Below are positions 40,178 through 50,249 of a stretch of 64,000 nucleotides of DNA, one piece after another. Position 1 is the first letter of the stretch. The number at the start of each line of letters is the position of its first letter. The stretch lies in the NCBI GenBank assembly GCA_050287845.1, contig JBNKCR010000098.1, positions 288,001 to 352,000 on the forward strand. The letters are read 5' to 3'. The notes under the pieces were generated by a model. That model was not told where the DNA came from, did no database searches, and was given only the letters and a program-made list of their open reading frames with translations. The translations under genes were made by a program, and so were the position numbers. The stretch comes from Polyangia bacterium. Lineage in GTDB: Bacteria; Myxococcota_A; Polyangia; JAAYKL01.

Positions 40178-40753
40178 ATGGATACAGGTGCAGCAGCATA
40201 TATGAAACGGAATCTGAAAAAACGTGCGGGTGCTCATTTAAGTGCCGTATCAGAAGAATCCGGTCAGTCCCCACTGGATTTTGATCGACTCTTTGAGCGA
40301 TTCGCGCCGTATGTGGCATCGGTGGCATTGCGGCTGATGGGGGATGATTCTCTGGTGGATGATTTGGTTCAGGACGTTTTTCTGGATTGTTATCGGAAAT
40401 TGGAGACATTGCAGAACATGGAACATGCCCGCCGCTGGCTGGTGATGGTGACCGTACGCAAAGCGGGGCGGCGACTGCATCGAAAAAAGATAGTGCAATT
40501 CCTGCATTTATCAGATGCGGACGTTCCGGAACCATCGGTTCCACTGGTAACCGCCGATGAACGGGCGCAACTGGTGATGCTGTATGGGATTCTGGAGCGA
40601 ATTCCAGTGAAAGAACGAATCGCCTGGTCTCTGCGTTATCTGGAAGGCGCGGAGGTTTCCGAGGTGGCATATGCGTGCGGTTGTTCGCTGGCGACAGCGA
40701 AAAGGCGTATTCTGGCTGCACGAAAAGTAATTGAGGGGGACAACCATGACTGA
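40178..40753 (+). CDS. ECF sigma factor
   Basis: DDLVQDVF, RRWL..VT (region 2); LRYLEG..VSEVA...GCSLATAKRRI (region 4). Start may be 40202. Confidence 0.93.
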   Translation: MDTGAAAYMKRNLKKRAGAHLSAVSEESGQSPLDFDRLFERFAPYVASVALRLMGDDSLVDDLVQDVFLDCYRKLETLQNMEHARRWLVMVTVRKAGRRLHRKKIVQFLHLSDADVPEPSVPLVTADERAQLVMLYGILERIPVKERIAWSLRYLEGAEVSEVAYACGCSLATAKRRILAARKVIEGDNHD

Positions 40754-41909
40754 TCAGATGTCTTCACAGAGCTGGCAGCGGCTCGCACAGAAAATGGTCT
40801 GTACGTATACCGGTGAAAAGATGGCCGAATTGAAGGCTGATGTGGTGGCCCGGCATCATCGCAATGCCCGGAACGCGCGAATTCTTTTCACTGCAGGGGC
40901 AATCCTGCTGGTGGGGATGGTGACCACCGCCCTGATTTGGCAGTTGGCTCAAAGCGAAATGCAAAAAGAGCCGTCTCAAGCCGACCTCGCAGCGCTGACC
41001 AATTCGGTTGCCCCTTCGGAACAGCTCCGCGCCTCATCCGCAGCAACTGAAACCCACGCAGACGACACTGCGGTGTTTCCGGTGGTGACGCCGTTGACCT
41101 CGGGGACAAGATATGAACTCATTGAAATGGATAATGCCAGTGTGTACCGCATCACGAGCGGATATGTGCGTTTTCAGACCCATTCGGCGGTCTCTCGCAA
41201 ATTGCTGGTTCAGGTGGGGGATTTGGCTGTTGAAGATATTGGAACTGTATTTACGGTGGAGACGCTGGCCGACGGGCAGGTGCGGGTTGCAGTATCCGAG
41301 GGCAGGGTGAAAGTATCGTGGCCCAGCGGCCATGCAGAGTTGAAAGCCGGCACTGATGGGGTTTTTCCCGGTGGCGCACCCCAGCTGCCAGCAGCCCCGC
41401 TGGTTTCTAAAAATGCCGTGTCCGGTGGGGGCGCGGTAGTGGAAATGGCCTCCCCGGTGAATTGGCGGGATGCAGCGAGGCGAGGCGACAATGAACTCGC
41501 ACTGGAACTGATTGAACGAAATCCGTCAACGGTGAGGTATTCTGTAGGTGATTTGCTGCTGGCGGCGGATGTGATGCGTCTGACCGGTCATACACCGCGC
41601 GCGGTGGCGCTCCTGAAAAAAGTGGTGAAGGGATTTCCCGGCGATTCCCGCAGAACGGCGGCGGCGTTTACCCTTGGCAAAGTGCTCCTTGAAGAATTGG
41701 GAAATCCCCGGGCGGCGGCCCGGGCGTTTGGCATTGCGGCCCGACATGCCAGCCCATTGAAAGAAGAAGCGATGGCCAGGGAAGCCGAAGCATGGTATCG
41801 TGCCGGGGATTCATCGAAAGCAAAATCGGCGGCTCAGAAGTATCTGGCGCAATTTTCACAGGGGGCGAGAGCGGATTCTATCAGATCTTTCTATGATGAA
41901 ACAGATTAG
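40746..41909 (+). CDS. Anti-sigma factor with TM helix, FecR domain and C-terminal TPR
   Basis: VEDIGTVFTV...VRVAVSEGRVKV (FecR); TPR segments FPGDSRRTAAAFTLGK, AQKYLAQFSQG; overlaps the sigma gene. Confidence 0.88.
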   Translation: MTDQMSSQSWQRLAQKMVCTYTGEKMAELKADVVARHHRNARNARILFTAGAILLVGMVTTALIWQLAQSEMQKEPSQADLAALTNSVAPSEQLRASSAATETHADDTAVFPVVTPLTSGTRYELIEMDNASVYRITSGYVRFQTHSAVSRKLLVQVGDLAVEDIGTVFTVETLADGQVRVAVSEGRVKVSWPSGHAELKAGTDGVFPGGAPQLPAAPLVSKNAVSGGGAVVEMASPVNWRDAARRGDNELALELIERNPSTVRYSVGDLLLAADVMRLTGHTPRAVALLKKVVKGFPGDSRRTAAAFTLGKVLLEELGNPRAAARAFGIAARHASPLKEEAMAREAEAWYRAGDSSKAKSAAQKYLAQFSQGARADSIRSFYDETD

Positions 41910-42963
41910 CCCACATGCATATTCCCGGCTCGCAGCGTTATGTATGCTTCTTGTCATCGGTTCTGCGTCGGCAGCCCGGGGACGCACTGCTGATAGCACC
42001 GGCGCTGTCCGTGTGACATGGTCGCAGTGTCAGCGAATTGACCGCAGTGAGGTTCAGCGTATTCTACAGCTTGAACTGCAGAGCCCGGGTACTGAAGAAT
42101 CGGGGACAGGTCGCGCTGCCGACATACGTATTGCATGCACTTCTGAATCGTACATCCTTACGGTGACCGATGATAGCGACTATGAGGCATTGACTCGCGA
42201 AATTCCCGTGGATGTGGAAGAGGATGGGGGTAGCGAACGGCTGCTGGCCATTGCGGGAGCGGAATTGGTTCTTTCGTTCCGGGAACAGCACAGAAACGCG
42301 GACGCGGGAAATGATGCCGCCCCGGCGGATTCGGCGCAAAGGGCGGCGGCCCTTCTGAATGCCAGACAGAACAATGCAGCCGATTCGGCGCCAAACACCG
42401 CGAAAAAGATGGAAGTGACCGACGGTGGTCACCCCGGGCAACTTTCGTCCGGGGATGACGCAACCGCGTACATTGGCTTACGACTCAGCGGGATCGGGCG
42501 TCTGTTTAATCGGGCAAGACTATTCTTATACGGTGGCGAAGCTGGCGCATCTCTGTCGCTTCTGGGACCCTTCGAACTGGAGTGGCTCATTGGCGCAGAG
42601 GGCGGCGTTGCCAGACGTCATATCGGTTCAGCCTCGGTGTTTTTCGCGAGCTCTGCGTTATTGGTGGGCGTTTGGGGGGCAATCGGGGCGAAGCTGCGAA
42701 TGAGGGGGCTGGCCGGATTCAGGGGGGGATACAGCCGAATGGTTGCGAGGCCCGAATCCGATGCGGTGGGGAGTAAATTGAACGGCAGTCTCGGTGGCCC
42801 GGTCGCCAGACTCTGCATCGAAACGGTAACACGTCCCGCGTTTGGCCTTTCTTTTGAGATGGGGTATGCGCTATGGGGGATTACCGGTCTTGTCGAGGAT
42901 GCGAAAGCGGTGGAATTGAAAGGCTTATGGTTCCAGCTATCGCTGGATATAAAGCACCGATAG
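41893..42963 (+). CDS. Exported protein with probable C-terminal outer-membrane beta-barrel (third gene of the ECF cluster)
   Basis: Signal peptide; N-terminal Cys-containing domain (ERLLAIAGAELV); Gly/aromatic alternating strands at the C-terminus. Confidence 0.7.
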   Translation: MMKQISPHAYSRLAALCMLLVIGSASAARGRTADSTGAVRVTWSQCQRIDRSEVQRILQLELQSPGTEESGTGRAADIRIACTSESYILTVTDDSDYEALTREIPVDVEEDGGSERLLAIAGAELVLSFREQHRNADAGNDAAPADSAQRAAALLNARQNNAADSAPNTAKKMEVTDGGHPGQLSSGDDATAYIGLRLSGIGRLFNRARLFLYGGEAGASLSLLGPFELEWLIGAEGGVARRHIGSASVFFASSALLVGVWGAIGAKLRMRGLAGFRGGYSRMVARPESDAVGSKLNGSLGGPVARLCIETVTRPAFGLSFEMGYALWGITGLVEDAKAVELKGLWFQLSLDIKHR

Positions 42964-43263
42964 TGACAATTGACGTAAGTAGAAGAGCCCGATGAATACA
43001 GGGCGGAACGGATTCCAGACCGCGCTTGAGCGATCACGCATGAACGATGGTGATTGGCGGCGAATAAACCCCTCCCGCTCTCACCATCGCAGTCTTCGGC
43101 ACAAATGTCCCATTCATCGCCAATAGGTATTCCCCTGCGTATGCCGTCAGATTGTTCAACATTATTGGCCACTTTTGTGTTACAGTCGCTGGGAATGCAC
43201 CTGGAGATTCAGATGAGTCTTCCACTGGATTGTCAGTATATGAAATTGAGAGGAATAGAGCAC

Positions 43264-45129
43264 ATGGTTGCCTGTGGACAAACTTGGAGGATGTGGATTC
43301 TAAGCATGATATCAATCGGTATGTTCAGTTTTATTGCCTGCGAAAACGACAACGCCAAAGCCGATGGCACCCCGGGGCCGGGAGATACCGACAGCGACAT
43401 GGACACCGATACCGATTCCGATACGGACACAGATACCGATACCGACGCAGATACAGAAACGGATTCCGACAGTGGCACGAGTGAAGAATCCATTTGCGGT
43501 GATGGTGAGCTGGCCGAAGACGAAGCCTGCGACGATGGAAACACCGATGACAACGATGGATGCAGCGGAGATTGCATGGATGTGGCGGAGGGATTTTCGT
43601 GCATTCCGCCGGGAAAAGAGTGCCACCCCATTGCGGCATGCGGGGATGGACGACTGCAACCTCCCGAACTCTGTGACGACGGGAATCTGAATGAAGCAGA
43701 TGGCTGCAGTGATTTGTGTCAGGTGGAAATTGGCTACAAATGCGAGGGGCCGTCAGAACTACCCAGTGAGTGTATGCCCACCATTTGCGGCGATGGCATA
43801 AAAGAAGGAGCGGAAAGTTGCGATGACGGCAACGATGTGCCGTTTGATGGATGCTCAATGTCTTGCCAGAGGGAACCGGATTGTGCAGCGGGCGCATGTG
43901 TGTCGGAGTGTGGGGATGGTCTGGTTCTGGGCGAAACGGAGGAGTGTGACGATGGCAATAACGTGCCGGGCGATGGATGCTCAGAAGTCTGTCAGGTGGA
44001 AGATGGTTACCGCTGTTCCCAGGATAGATGTGAGGATGAAGAAACCTGTCGGATTCGGGTGCCGGTGCTTTTCAGGGATTTTAATTCGTCGCATCCGGAT
44101 TTTCAGGTGGGTTGTGGCGAACAGATGGATGGAATGGTGGAACCGGAACTCGGGCTGGATGGTCGTCCGGTGGCCACCCCTCTTGCTGTGAAAGGGTGTA
44201 TCACTCAGTTTGACGATTGGTACACCAATGATCCGGACCGGTTGGGCAGTGAGATTCCGTACAAAGTGGACGAAATTGTATTGTTTCCCAATGGCGACGG
44301 CGGATTTGTGAATCGGTATGGCGCGGATGGTGAACAATGGCTTGGATACGAGTTGGATGGCAACGGAAACGGGGTATGGGTGGAACCCATTGCGGATGAT
44401 GTGGCAGACTGTATGGATGCCGGCTGTGTGGAATGCGCCACTCAGGAGGGACGCGGAATGGGTTGCCCGGCGCCAACGGTGCAGTATGATGGAAATCCGC
44501 TGTTTCTGCCAGTGGATGATTTGGCGGCGGATATGACGTATGCTGCCACGGTTCCCGCTCAGTACGGTTGGTTCAACTGGCCGAAGGAAGAATGGCTGAC
44601 GGGGGTCGTGGCGGAGCATAATTTTTCATTCACTTCAGAGGTGACGTATTGGTTCAAGTACGAGGCGGACACTATGGCGTTGCTCGATTTTTCGGGGGAT
44701 GACGATGTGTGGGTGTTCGTGAATGGCCAGCTGGCCCTTGATTTGGGGGCGCCGCATATGCCGCTCAATGGCGTTGTGGAGATTTCGGCAGACAACAGCT
44801 ACGGGATGACGGATGGAAATGTGTATAAAATCAATATTTTTCACGCAGAGCGAAAGTCTACTGGATCCTCATTCAAGCTGACGCTGGGTGGATTTAATAC
44901 GGCGCGCTCCGAATGCCGTCCAGAATGCGGTGACGGAGTCGTGGGGGTGGGGGAAGAATGCGATGATGGCGAGAATCCCGGTGGATACGGTCAGTGCAAT
45001 GATAAATGCCGTTTTGATGGGTATTGCGGAGATGGCATTATTCAGGAGGAATATGAAAACTGTGACGACGGGAATTACCGGAATGGGGACGATTGCCCAT
45101 CGTCGTGCAGGATATTTGAGGTAGAGTAG
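43264..45129 (+). CDS. Fibro-slime domain lipoprotein with Myxococcus Cys-rich (DUF4215-type) repeats
   Basis: Lipobox FIAC; DT linker; repeated CGDG...E.CDDGN....DGCS..C; FRDF...HPDF; GDDDVWVFVNG; FHAER. Start uncertain (43240 or 43264). Confidence 0.92.
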   Translation: MVACGQTWRMWILSMISIGMFSFIACENDNAKADGTPGPGDTDSDMDTDTDSDTDTDTDTDADTETDSDSGTSEESICGDGELAEDEACDDGNTDDNDGCSGDCMDVAEGFSCIPPGKECHPIAACGDGRLQPPELCDDGNLNEADGCSDLCQVEIGYKCEGPSELPSECMPTICGDGIKEGAESCDDGNDVPFDGCSMSCQREPDCAAGACVSECGDGLVLGETEECDDGNNVPGDGCSEVCQVEDGYRCSQDRCEDEETCRIRVPVLFRDFNSSHPDFQVGCGEQMDGMVEPELGLDGRPVATPLAVKGCITQFDDWYTNDPDRLGSEIPYKVDEIVLFPNGDGGFVNRYGADGEQWLGYELDGNGNGVWVEPIADDVADCMDAGCVECATQEGRGMGCPAPTVQYDGNPLFLPVDDLAADMTYAATVPAQYGWFNWPKEEWLTGVVAEHNFSFTSEVTYWFKYEADTMALLDFSGDDDVWVFVNGQLALDLGAPHMPLNGVVEISADNSYGMTDGNVYKINIFHAERKSTGSSFKLTLGGFNTARSECRPECGDGVVGVGEECDDGENPGGYGQCNDKCRFDGYCGDGIIQEEYENCDDGNYRNGDDCPSSCRIFEVE

Positions 45130-45213
45130 ATGAAATTGGCCCGGGTGGCGTCGTTTTTTCGGCACAGTCCACCGAATCAGGGGGTAAAATAGAAGAGGAA
45201 CCATATTGGGGAA

Positions 45214-45237
45214 TTTCTGAATGACTTTCTGAATGAC
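45214..45237 (+). repeat. Perfect 12-bp tandem direct repeat TTTCTGAATGAC x2 upstream of the second fibro-slime gene
   Basis: 45214-45225 and 45226-45237; partial AATGACT at 45277-45283. Confidence 0.85.
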
Positions 45238-45346
45238 TCCTGGAGACAGTGGTTTCCATAGCTGGATAAAATACTTAATGACTGGCTTGAATATGTAAGG
45301 TTATATACTTGATGTTTATTATGCTTAAGAATGCGAGGTTCCTTCC

Positions 45347-47266
45347 ATGATGTCCCACAGACATATCCTGCAACGTTGGTTGGTCGGCATGATTTCTTTA
45401 TGTGCTATTTTGGGGGTCGGGTGTGAAAATACCGGTGGGGGCATGAGCGACGACCGCCAATCGAAATCTTCAGACGACTCCGAGACGAATGTGTCATCTG
45501 ACTCTCCGGATGATACCGGTTTTTCCGATGGAGACGGCGATTCGGATTCGGACAGTGACGGTGATTCGGATTCAGACAGTGACGGTGATTTACGCCAGAA
45601 CAGGTGTGGCGATGGGGATCTCGACCGGGAGAGAGAAGCCTGTGACGATGGAAATCAGAAGGATGGCGACGGTTGTTCCCGTGATTGTCTGAAGGTTGAC
45701 GATGGATATTCCTGTAATCCACCGGGGAAACCGTGTCATTTACTTGTGCAGTGTGGCGATGGAAAACGGTTTTTGCCAGAATTGTGCGATGACGGAAATC
45801 TCGAAAATGGTGATGGTTGCTCGAATCTGTGCAAAGTGGAAATTGGCTGGAAATGTACCGACGGTAGCCCCGGGAAATGCCAGAAGACAGTATGTGGCGA
45901 TGGCATCCAGGAAGGTGCCGAGAGTTGTGATGATGGCAATGATGTGCCCTTTGATGGATGCAGTTCCATTTGTCAGAAGGAACCGGATTGCTCCGGAGGA
46001 GCGTGCACGTCCGAATGCGGGGATGGATTGGTGCTCGGCGAAGACTGTGATGATGGTAACCGCATCAGTGGCGACGGGTGTGATGAGAACTGTAAAGTGG
46101 AAAAAGGATTTCGTTGCTACCAGGAAGGATGCGAAGATCTCGATGAGTGCACATTGAATGCATCTGTGATATATCGGGATTTTTCATATAATCACCCGGA
46201 CTTTGCATCGAATTGCGCGGGTACCGAAGCGGTGCCGGGATTGGTGGAGGCACAGCTTGGCGCCGACTGGAAACCCAAAGCCACGGCGGCGGCTCAATCC
46301 GGTGGTTGCACCACCCGGTTTGACGATTGGTATGCCGGGGATCCGGATAAAGTGGGCCATATCGTTTTATATCCGGATGGGAATGGCAATTTTGTGAATC
46401 GTTATGGTGAAAATGGGGAACCGTGGATGGGATATCCACCGGATCCCAAAAGCGAGACCGGGGAGCCAATTTCTGCGGCGTGGCTGGCATCGTCCGTGGA
46501 AGCATGCGAGGAACAGGGATTGGATTGTGTACCGTGTCCGTGGGATGTGACTGATTCGCCGGCCGGATGTGAACCGCCAACCGAAGCCTATGATGGCGAC
46601 CCACTTTTCTTCCCGCTGGACGATTTGGTAACTACTCCGGTATGTACTCTGGAAAATGCTGCGACGACCCCCATGGAAGAAGTGGCCTGCGCAAAAGTAC
46701 CGGCCCAATACGGGATAATCGGCTGGCCCTGGGAACCCAAAATACTCGGGGACGCGCTGATGCATAATTTTTACTTCACATCAGAGGTGACGTACTGGTT
46801 TAAATATGATCCGGAAAAGGCGGCAACCCTTCATTTTACTGGCGACGATGATGTGTGGGTGTTTGTGAACGGCATGCTGGCTGTGGATTTAGGGGGGATT
46901 CATATACCGCAGAGTGGCAGCGTTACCATTGACGACACCCATAATTTTGGAATGGATGCCGGGAGTGTGTATCGCATCAATGTATTTCATGCGGAACGGA
47001 AGATGGAAGGGTCTTCGTTTCGCCTGACCCTGGGTGGCTTCAATACGGCGCGCAGCGAGTGCCGTCCGGAATGCGGTGACGGGATTCTGGGACTGGGTGA
47101 GGAATGTGATGACGGTGAAAATGATGGTGGGTACGGTGAGTGCGGCGAAAACTGCAAACTCGGCCCGTTCTGTGGGGATGGGATCGTCCAGGAAGACTAC
47201 GAGCAGTGCGATCCTGCCCTTGATGTGACCTGCCCCAACAACTGTTTCCATATCATAGTAGAATAG
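45347..47266 (+). CDS. Fibro-slime domain lipoprotein with Cys-rich repeats (tandem paralog)
   Basis: Lipobox GVGC; DS/DG linker; same repeat and domain order as 43264-45129. Confidence 0.93.
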   Translation: MMSHRHILQRWLVGMISLCAILGVGCENTGGGMSDDRQSKSSDDSETNVSSDSPDDTGFSDGDGDSDSDSDGDSDSDSDGDLRQNRCGDGDLDREREACDDGNQKDGDGCSRDCLKVDDGYSCNPPGKPCHLLVQCGDGKRFLPELCDDGNLENGDGCSNLCKVEIGWKCTDGSPGKCQKTVCGDGIQEGAESCDDGNDVPFDGCSSICQKEPDCSGGACTSECGDGLVLGEDCDDGNRISGDGCDENCKVEKGFRCYQEGCEDLDECTLNASVIYRDFSYNHPDFASNCAGTEAVPGLVEAQLGADWKPKATAAAQSGGCTTRFDDWYAGDPDKVGHIVLYPDGNGNFVNRYGENGEPWMGYPPDPKSETGEPISAAWLASSVEACEEQGLDCVPCPWDVTDSPAGCEPPTEAYDGDPLFFPLDDLVTTPVCTLENAATTPMEEVACAKVPAQYGIIGWPWEPKILGDALMHNFYFTSEVTYWFKYDPEKAATLHFTGDDDVWVFVNGMLAVDLGGIHIPQSGSVTIDDTHNFGMDAGSVYRINVFHAERKMEGSSFRLTLGGFNTARSECRPECGDGILGLGEECDDGENDGGYGECGENCKLGPFCGDGIVQEDYEQCDPALDVTCPNNCFHIIVE

Positions 47267-47302
47267 CGCCTTTGGCGCGGCGTTTCCCATCCCATCCATT
47301 TG

Positions 47303-49489
47303 TCAGAAATGCAGTCGGAACATGGCTCTGGCATCGAATCCCGGTTCGCGCAGAGAGGAACCGATCGTCTGATAGTTGCGATCCAGGAGATTCTGAATCG
47401 ATACGGATACTTCGGCATTGGAGGTGACCTGGACGCCGCCGTTGAAATTGAATGTGTAGTATCCGGCAACCTGATCACAGCCTGCTCTGGGCGCCCTGGT
47501 GCGCGGATTGATTCCGCAGATGGCCGGATCCCGCTTGTCAAAGGGATGGAGCCGATGCTGGGCATCGGACCAGTCCATGGTCAGGGATGCATAAAATCGC
47601 TGATTGGGATGCTTGTATCGAATCCCGGCAGAACCGAACAGTCGAGGCATGCGCCGCGCCGGATAGTGATTCGCATTGTTCGTTAACTCGGCCATGTATC
47701 CTTCGCTGATATTGTACACGGTCCCTTTCTGCCAAGTCAGTGTGCCGAACAGGCTAACACCTCCAAGTGCGATTGTCAGTGAATTTTCGACGCCTTTAAA
47801 TATGGCATGGTCAGTGTTGTAGTTTGTGAAAACCCAATGAAAATCAGATGTTCGAAAGTTGGAGTCCAGGAGAGCAGGCTTGGCGTCAATGTAGTTGTCG
47901 ATTCGATTGTAGAACCAGATAGTCCCCAGCTGCACAACCTTCAGGTTCAGCTTTGCCCCCGTTTCGAAGATGTCGGCCAGCTCTTCATCTATCTCCACAT
48001 CGGGAATTTGATACATTCCGTCAACGTATCCGTTCGCAGTGGTTTCCTGCAGTGAAGCAGGTCTCAACCCGGTTGTATAGGCGCCCCAGATGCTGAACAG
48101 ATTCTGATAGGCCCACATGAGTGTGGCCGTGTCGGAGAATCCGCTTCCGGTATAGTGAATGTCTTCATTGATACCCGGAACCAATGGCGCATATGCCGCA
48201 AAATGGGAAAATCTGCCACCCAGTTGAATCCACAAATCTCCGGCTCTGGTTTTAATCAGCTGTGCATCGACACCGACGGCAGTGCCGAATTTGCTGAAAT
48301 AGGAGCCGGTTGAATGGAGCCCTCTGTTCTGTGAGCGGAAAGTCGGTCGCGCTTCATCGTAGGCATTGAAGGCTTCCATGGATGAAATGATGTTGTCGAA
48401 ATAATATTCGATATTTCCATGAACAAACAGACGAGCTTTATACAGCGCCAGTCGGGAGGATGCGTCAATGCCGAAAGAATCCACGGTGTCCCGTGTTTTC
48501 TGCGCGTTGTTGGCGGCGGTCAGCGCACGGCATCCCGAAAAATCAATACGTTCACTGGTGCCGTTCAGGGGACAGTTGAAGCGTCTGATTTTTTCAATAC
48601 TCTGATGATACGAGGCAACAATATTGAGCCTTTTTAGAACAGTGGAAGGATCCCAATTGACATCGATGTACACCAGATTATCCTGGTTGTTGAAAAGTTG
48701 CAGGGTGCCGTAATCCAGCTGATCCGTCCGGGGTCTGTCGTCAGCGATTTGTCCCAGATATCCACCGGTAACCGCGACAGGGGATTCTTCTGGCTGAAGC
48801 TTCAGTTTCACGAACCAGCTGGCCTGTTCGAAACCGGTGAATGGCAATTTGTCGCCATTTCCGGCGCGCACATCACCGTATGAAAAGTAACTGGCACCGA
48901 GTGTTACGGCGTGAGAATCCTGAATGAGATGGGCGCCGGTGTGCATCCCGGCGCTGTGGGTTCCCGAACTGTAGTACAGGGTGCCATCGCCATGAGGCCC
49001 TTTGGAGAAAAGTGTCGGCTCTGTCAGTCGAATATCTATCACATTGCCCAGACCGCCATTGGCCAGAAAGAAAGACGAGGCCCCCCGGGACACCTGAACC
49101 TGGTTGATGAATCCCGGATTGATTGACGCCAGATACTGATTGGGGAATGTCCCCTGAAGGCCATTGGCGTATCGCACACCATCCACGCGGATGATATTTC
49201 TGTTGCCGGTCTGCCCTCGCAACGAGAGCGACCCTGCCTGGGGCAACGGATGCTGGACGTAAATGCCGGGAAGCGGTCGAAGAAATGTCGCCGCCTCCGG
49301 GGTAGGGGTGTCAGAGATGTCTTGCCTGTCTATCCTGGAAACCGCCGTGGATGGTATCGGCATGGCCTGCCGGGTCTCCTCTGTTGACGACAAAGTATCC
49401 GATGCGGGTTCCTGACCCATGGCGCCGGGGGATACTGAAATGGCGACTGCAAATATACTGAACGCAAGATGAGCATTTTTAAATATCAT
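47303..49489 (-). CDS. TonB-dependent outer-membrane receptor
   Basis: Signal peptide; plug LPGIYV...SLRG......IRVDGVR; QNLLDRNY; C-terminal aromatic residue (MFRLHF). Confidence 0.9.
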   Translation of the reverse strand: MIFKNAHLAFSIFAVAISVSPGAMGQEPASDTLSSTEETRQAMPIPSTAVSRIDRQDISDTPTPEAATFLRPLPGIYVQHPLPQAGSLSLRGQTGNRNIIRVDGVRYANGLQGTFPNQYLASINPGFINQVQVSRGASSFFLANGGLGNVIDIRLTEPTLFSKGPHGDGTLYYSSGTHSAGMHTGAHLIQDSHAVTLGASYFSYGDVRAGNGDKLPFTGFEQASWFVKLKLQPEESPVAVTGGYLGQIADDRPRTDQLDYGTLQLFNNQDNLVYIDVNWDPSTVLKRLNIVASYHQSIEKIRRFNCPLNGTSERIDFSGCRALTAANNAQKTRDTVDSFGIDASSRLALYKARLFVHGNIEYYFDNIISSMEAFNAYDEARPTFRSQNRGLHSTGSYFSKFGTAVGVDAQLIKTRAGDLWIQLGGRFSHFAAYAPLVPGINEDIHYTGSGFSDTATLMWAYQNLFSIWGAYTTGLRPASLQETTANGYVDGMYQIPDVEIDEELADIFETGAKLNLKVVQLGTIWFYNRIDNYIDAKPALLDSNFRTSDFHWVFTNYNTDHAIFKGVENSLTIALGGVSLFGTLTWQKGTVYNISEGYMAELTNNANHYPARRMPRLFGSAGIRYKHPNQRFYASLTMDWSDAQHRLHPFDKRDPAICGINPRTRAPRAGCDQVAGYYTFNFNGGVQVTSNAEVSVSIQNLLDRNYQTIGSSLREPGFDARAMFRLHF

Positions 49490-49652
49490 TCAACACCACC
49501 TCAGGTGGTACCGTTATATATCGATACCCGGTCATATAATTGGTTTGTCGTAACAGAAGAATATAATGCCAGGGGTTTTTGGCAAGGGAACATTTGTATC
49601 GGATGTATCTTTTATGGTTGTAGCTGTTTGGGAGTCTGTTATACGAAGCGAT

Positions 49653-50246
49653 ATGAAATACGTCATTACAGAAGATATACGCGGTCTGATATTTGATTTC
49701 GACGGGACAATAGTGGATAGCATGCCCGTTCATTTTCTTTCATGGAGAGAAGCTTTTTCAATGCATGGCGCTGATTTCACCGAGTCATTCTGCTATCGCC
49801 ATGCCGGTGTTTCCCTGGAAGGCGTCGTAAAATTGTATAACGAGGCATATGGTACATCTCTCAACCCGTCACTGGTTGTCGCCCGGAAAGACGAGGCGCA
49901 TCAGAAATACCTTTTTCAGACACCGGTGATTCCGCAGATTATCGACATCATCAACAGCAACTACGGCAAACGTCCCATGGCGGTTGCCACTGGCAATACC
50001 CGAAAGCTCACCGAACCATTGATGAATCACCTTGGCTTACAGAAATATTTCAGAACGGTGATTTACGGAGAGGAAGTGACTCATCCCAAGCCCCATCCGG
50101 AGAGTTTTCTCCTGGCGGCAGCTGCCATGGGCGTTGAACCGGTGCATTGTGAGGTGTTCGAAGATGGGGACGCGGGGCTTGAAGGTGCGAAACGGGCGGG
50201 CATGAAGGCAACGGATATCCGTCCCTGGTTGGCCTCATCAGAATAA
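49653..50246 (+). CDS. HAD-family sugar phosphatase (YqaB/beta-PGM-like)
   Basis: IFDFDGTIVDS, AVATG, PKPHPESF, FEDGDAGLEGA. Confidence 0.92.
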   Translation: MKYVITEDIRGLIFDFDGTIVDSMPVHFLSWREAFSMHGADFTESFCYRHAGVSLEGVVKLYNEAYGTSLNPSLVVARKDEAHQKYLFQTPVIPQIIDIINSNYGKRPMAVATGNTRKLTEPLMNHLGLQKYFRTVIYGEEVTHPKPHPESFLLAAAAMGVEPVHCEVFEDGDAGLEGAKRAGMKATDIRPWLASSE

Positions 50247-50249
50247 TTT

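Noticed and set aside
43054..43263. Long N-terminal extension of the first fibro-slime gene
   Set aside because: Would bury the lipoprotein signal peptide; a downstream ATG with an RBS fits better
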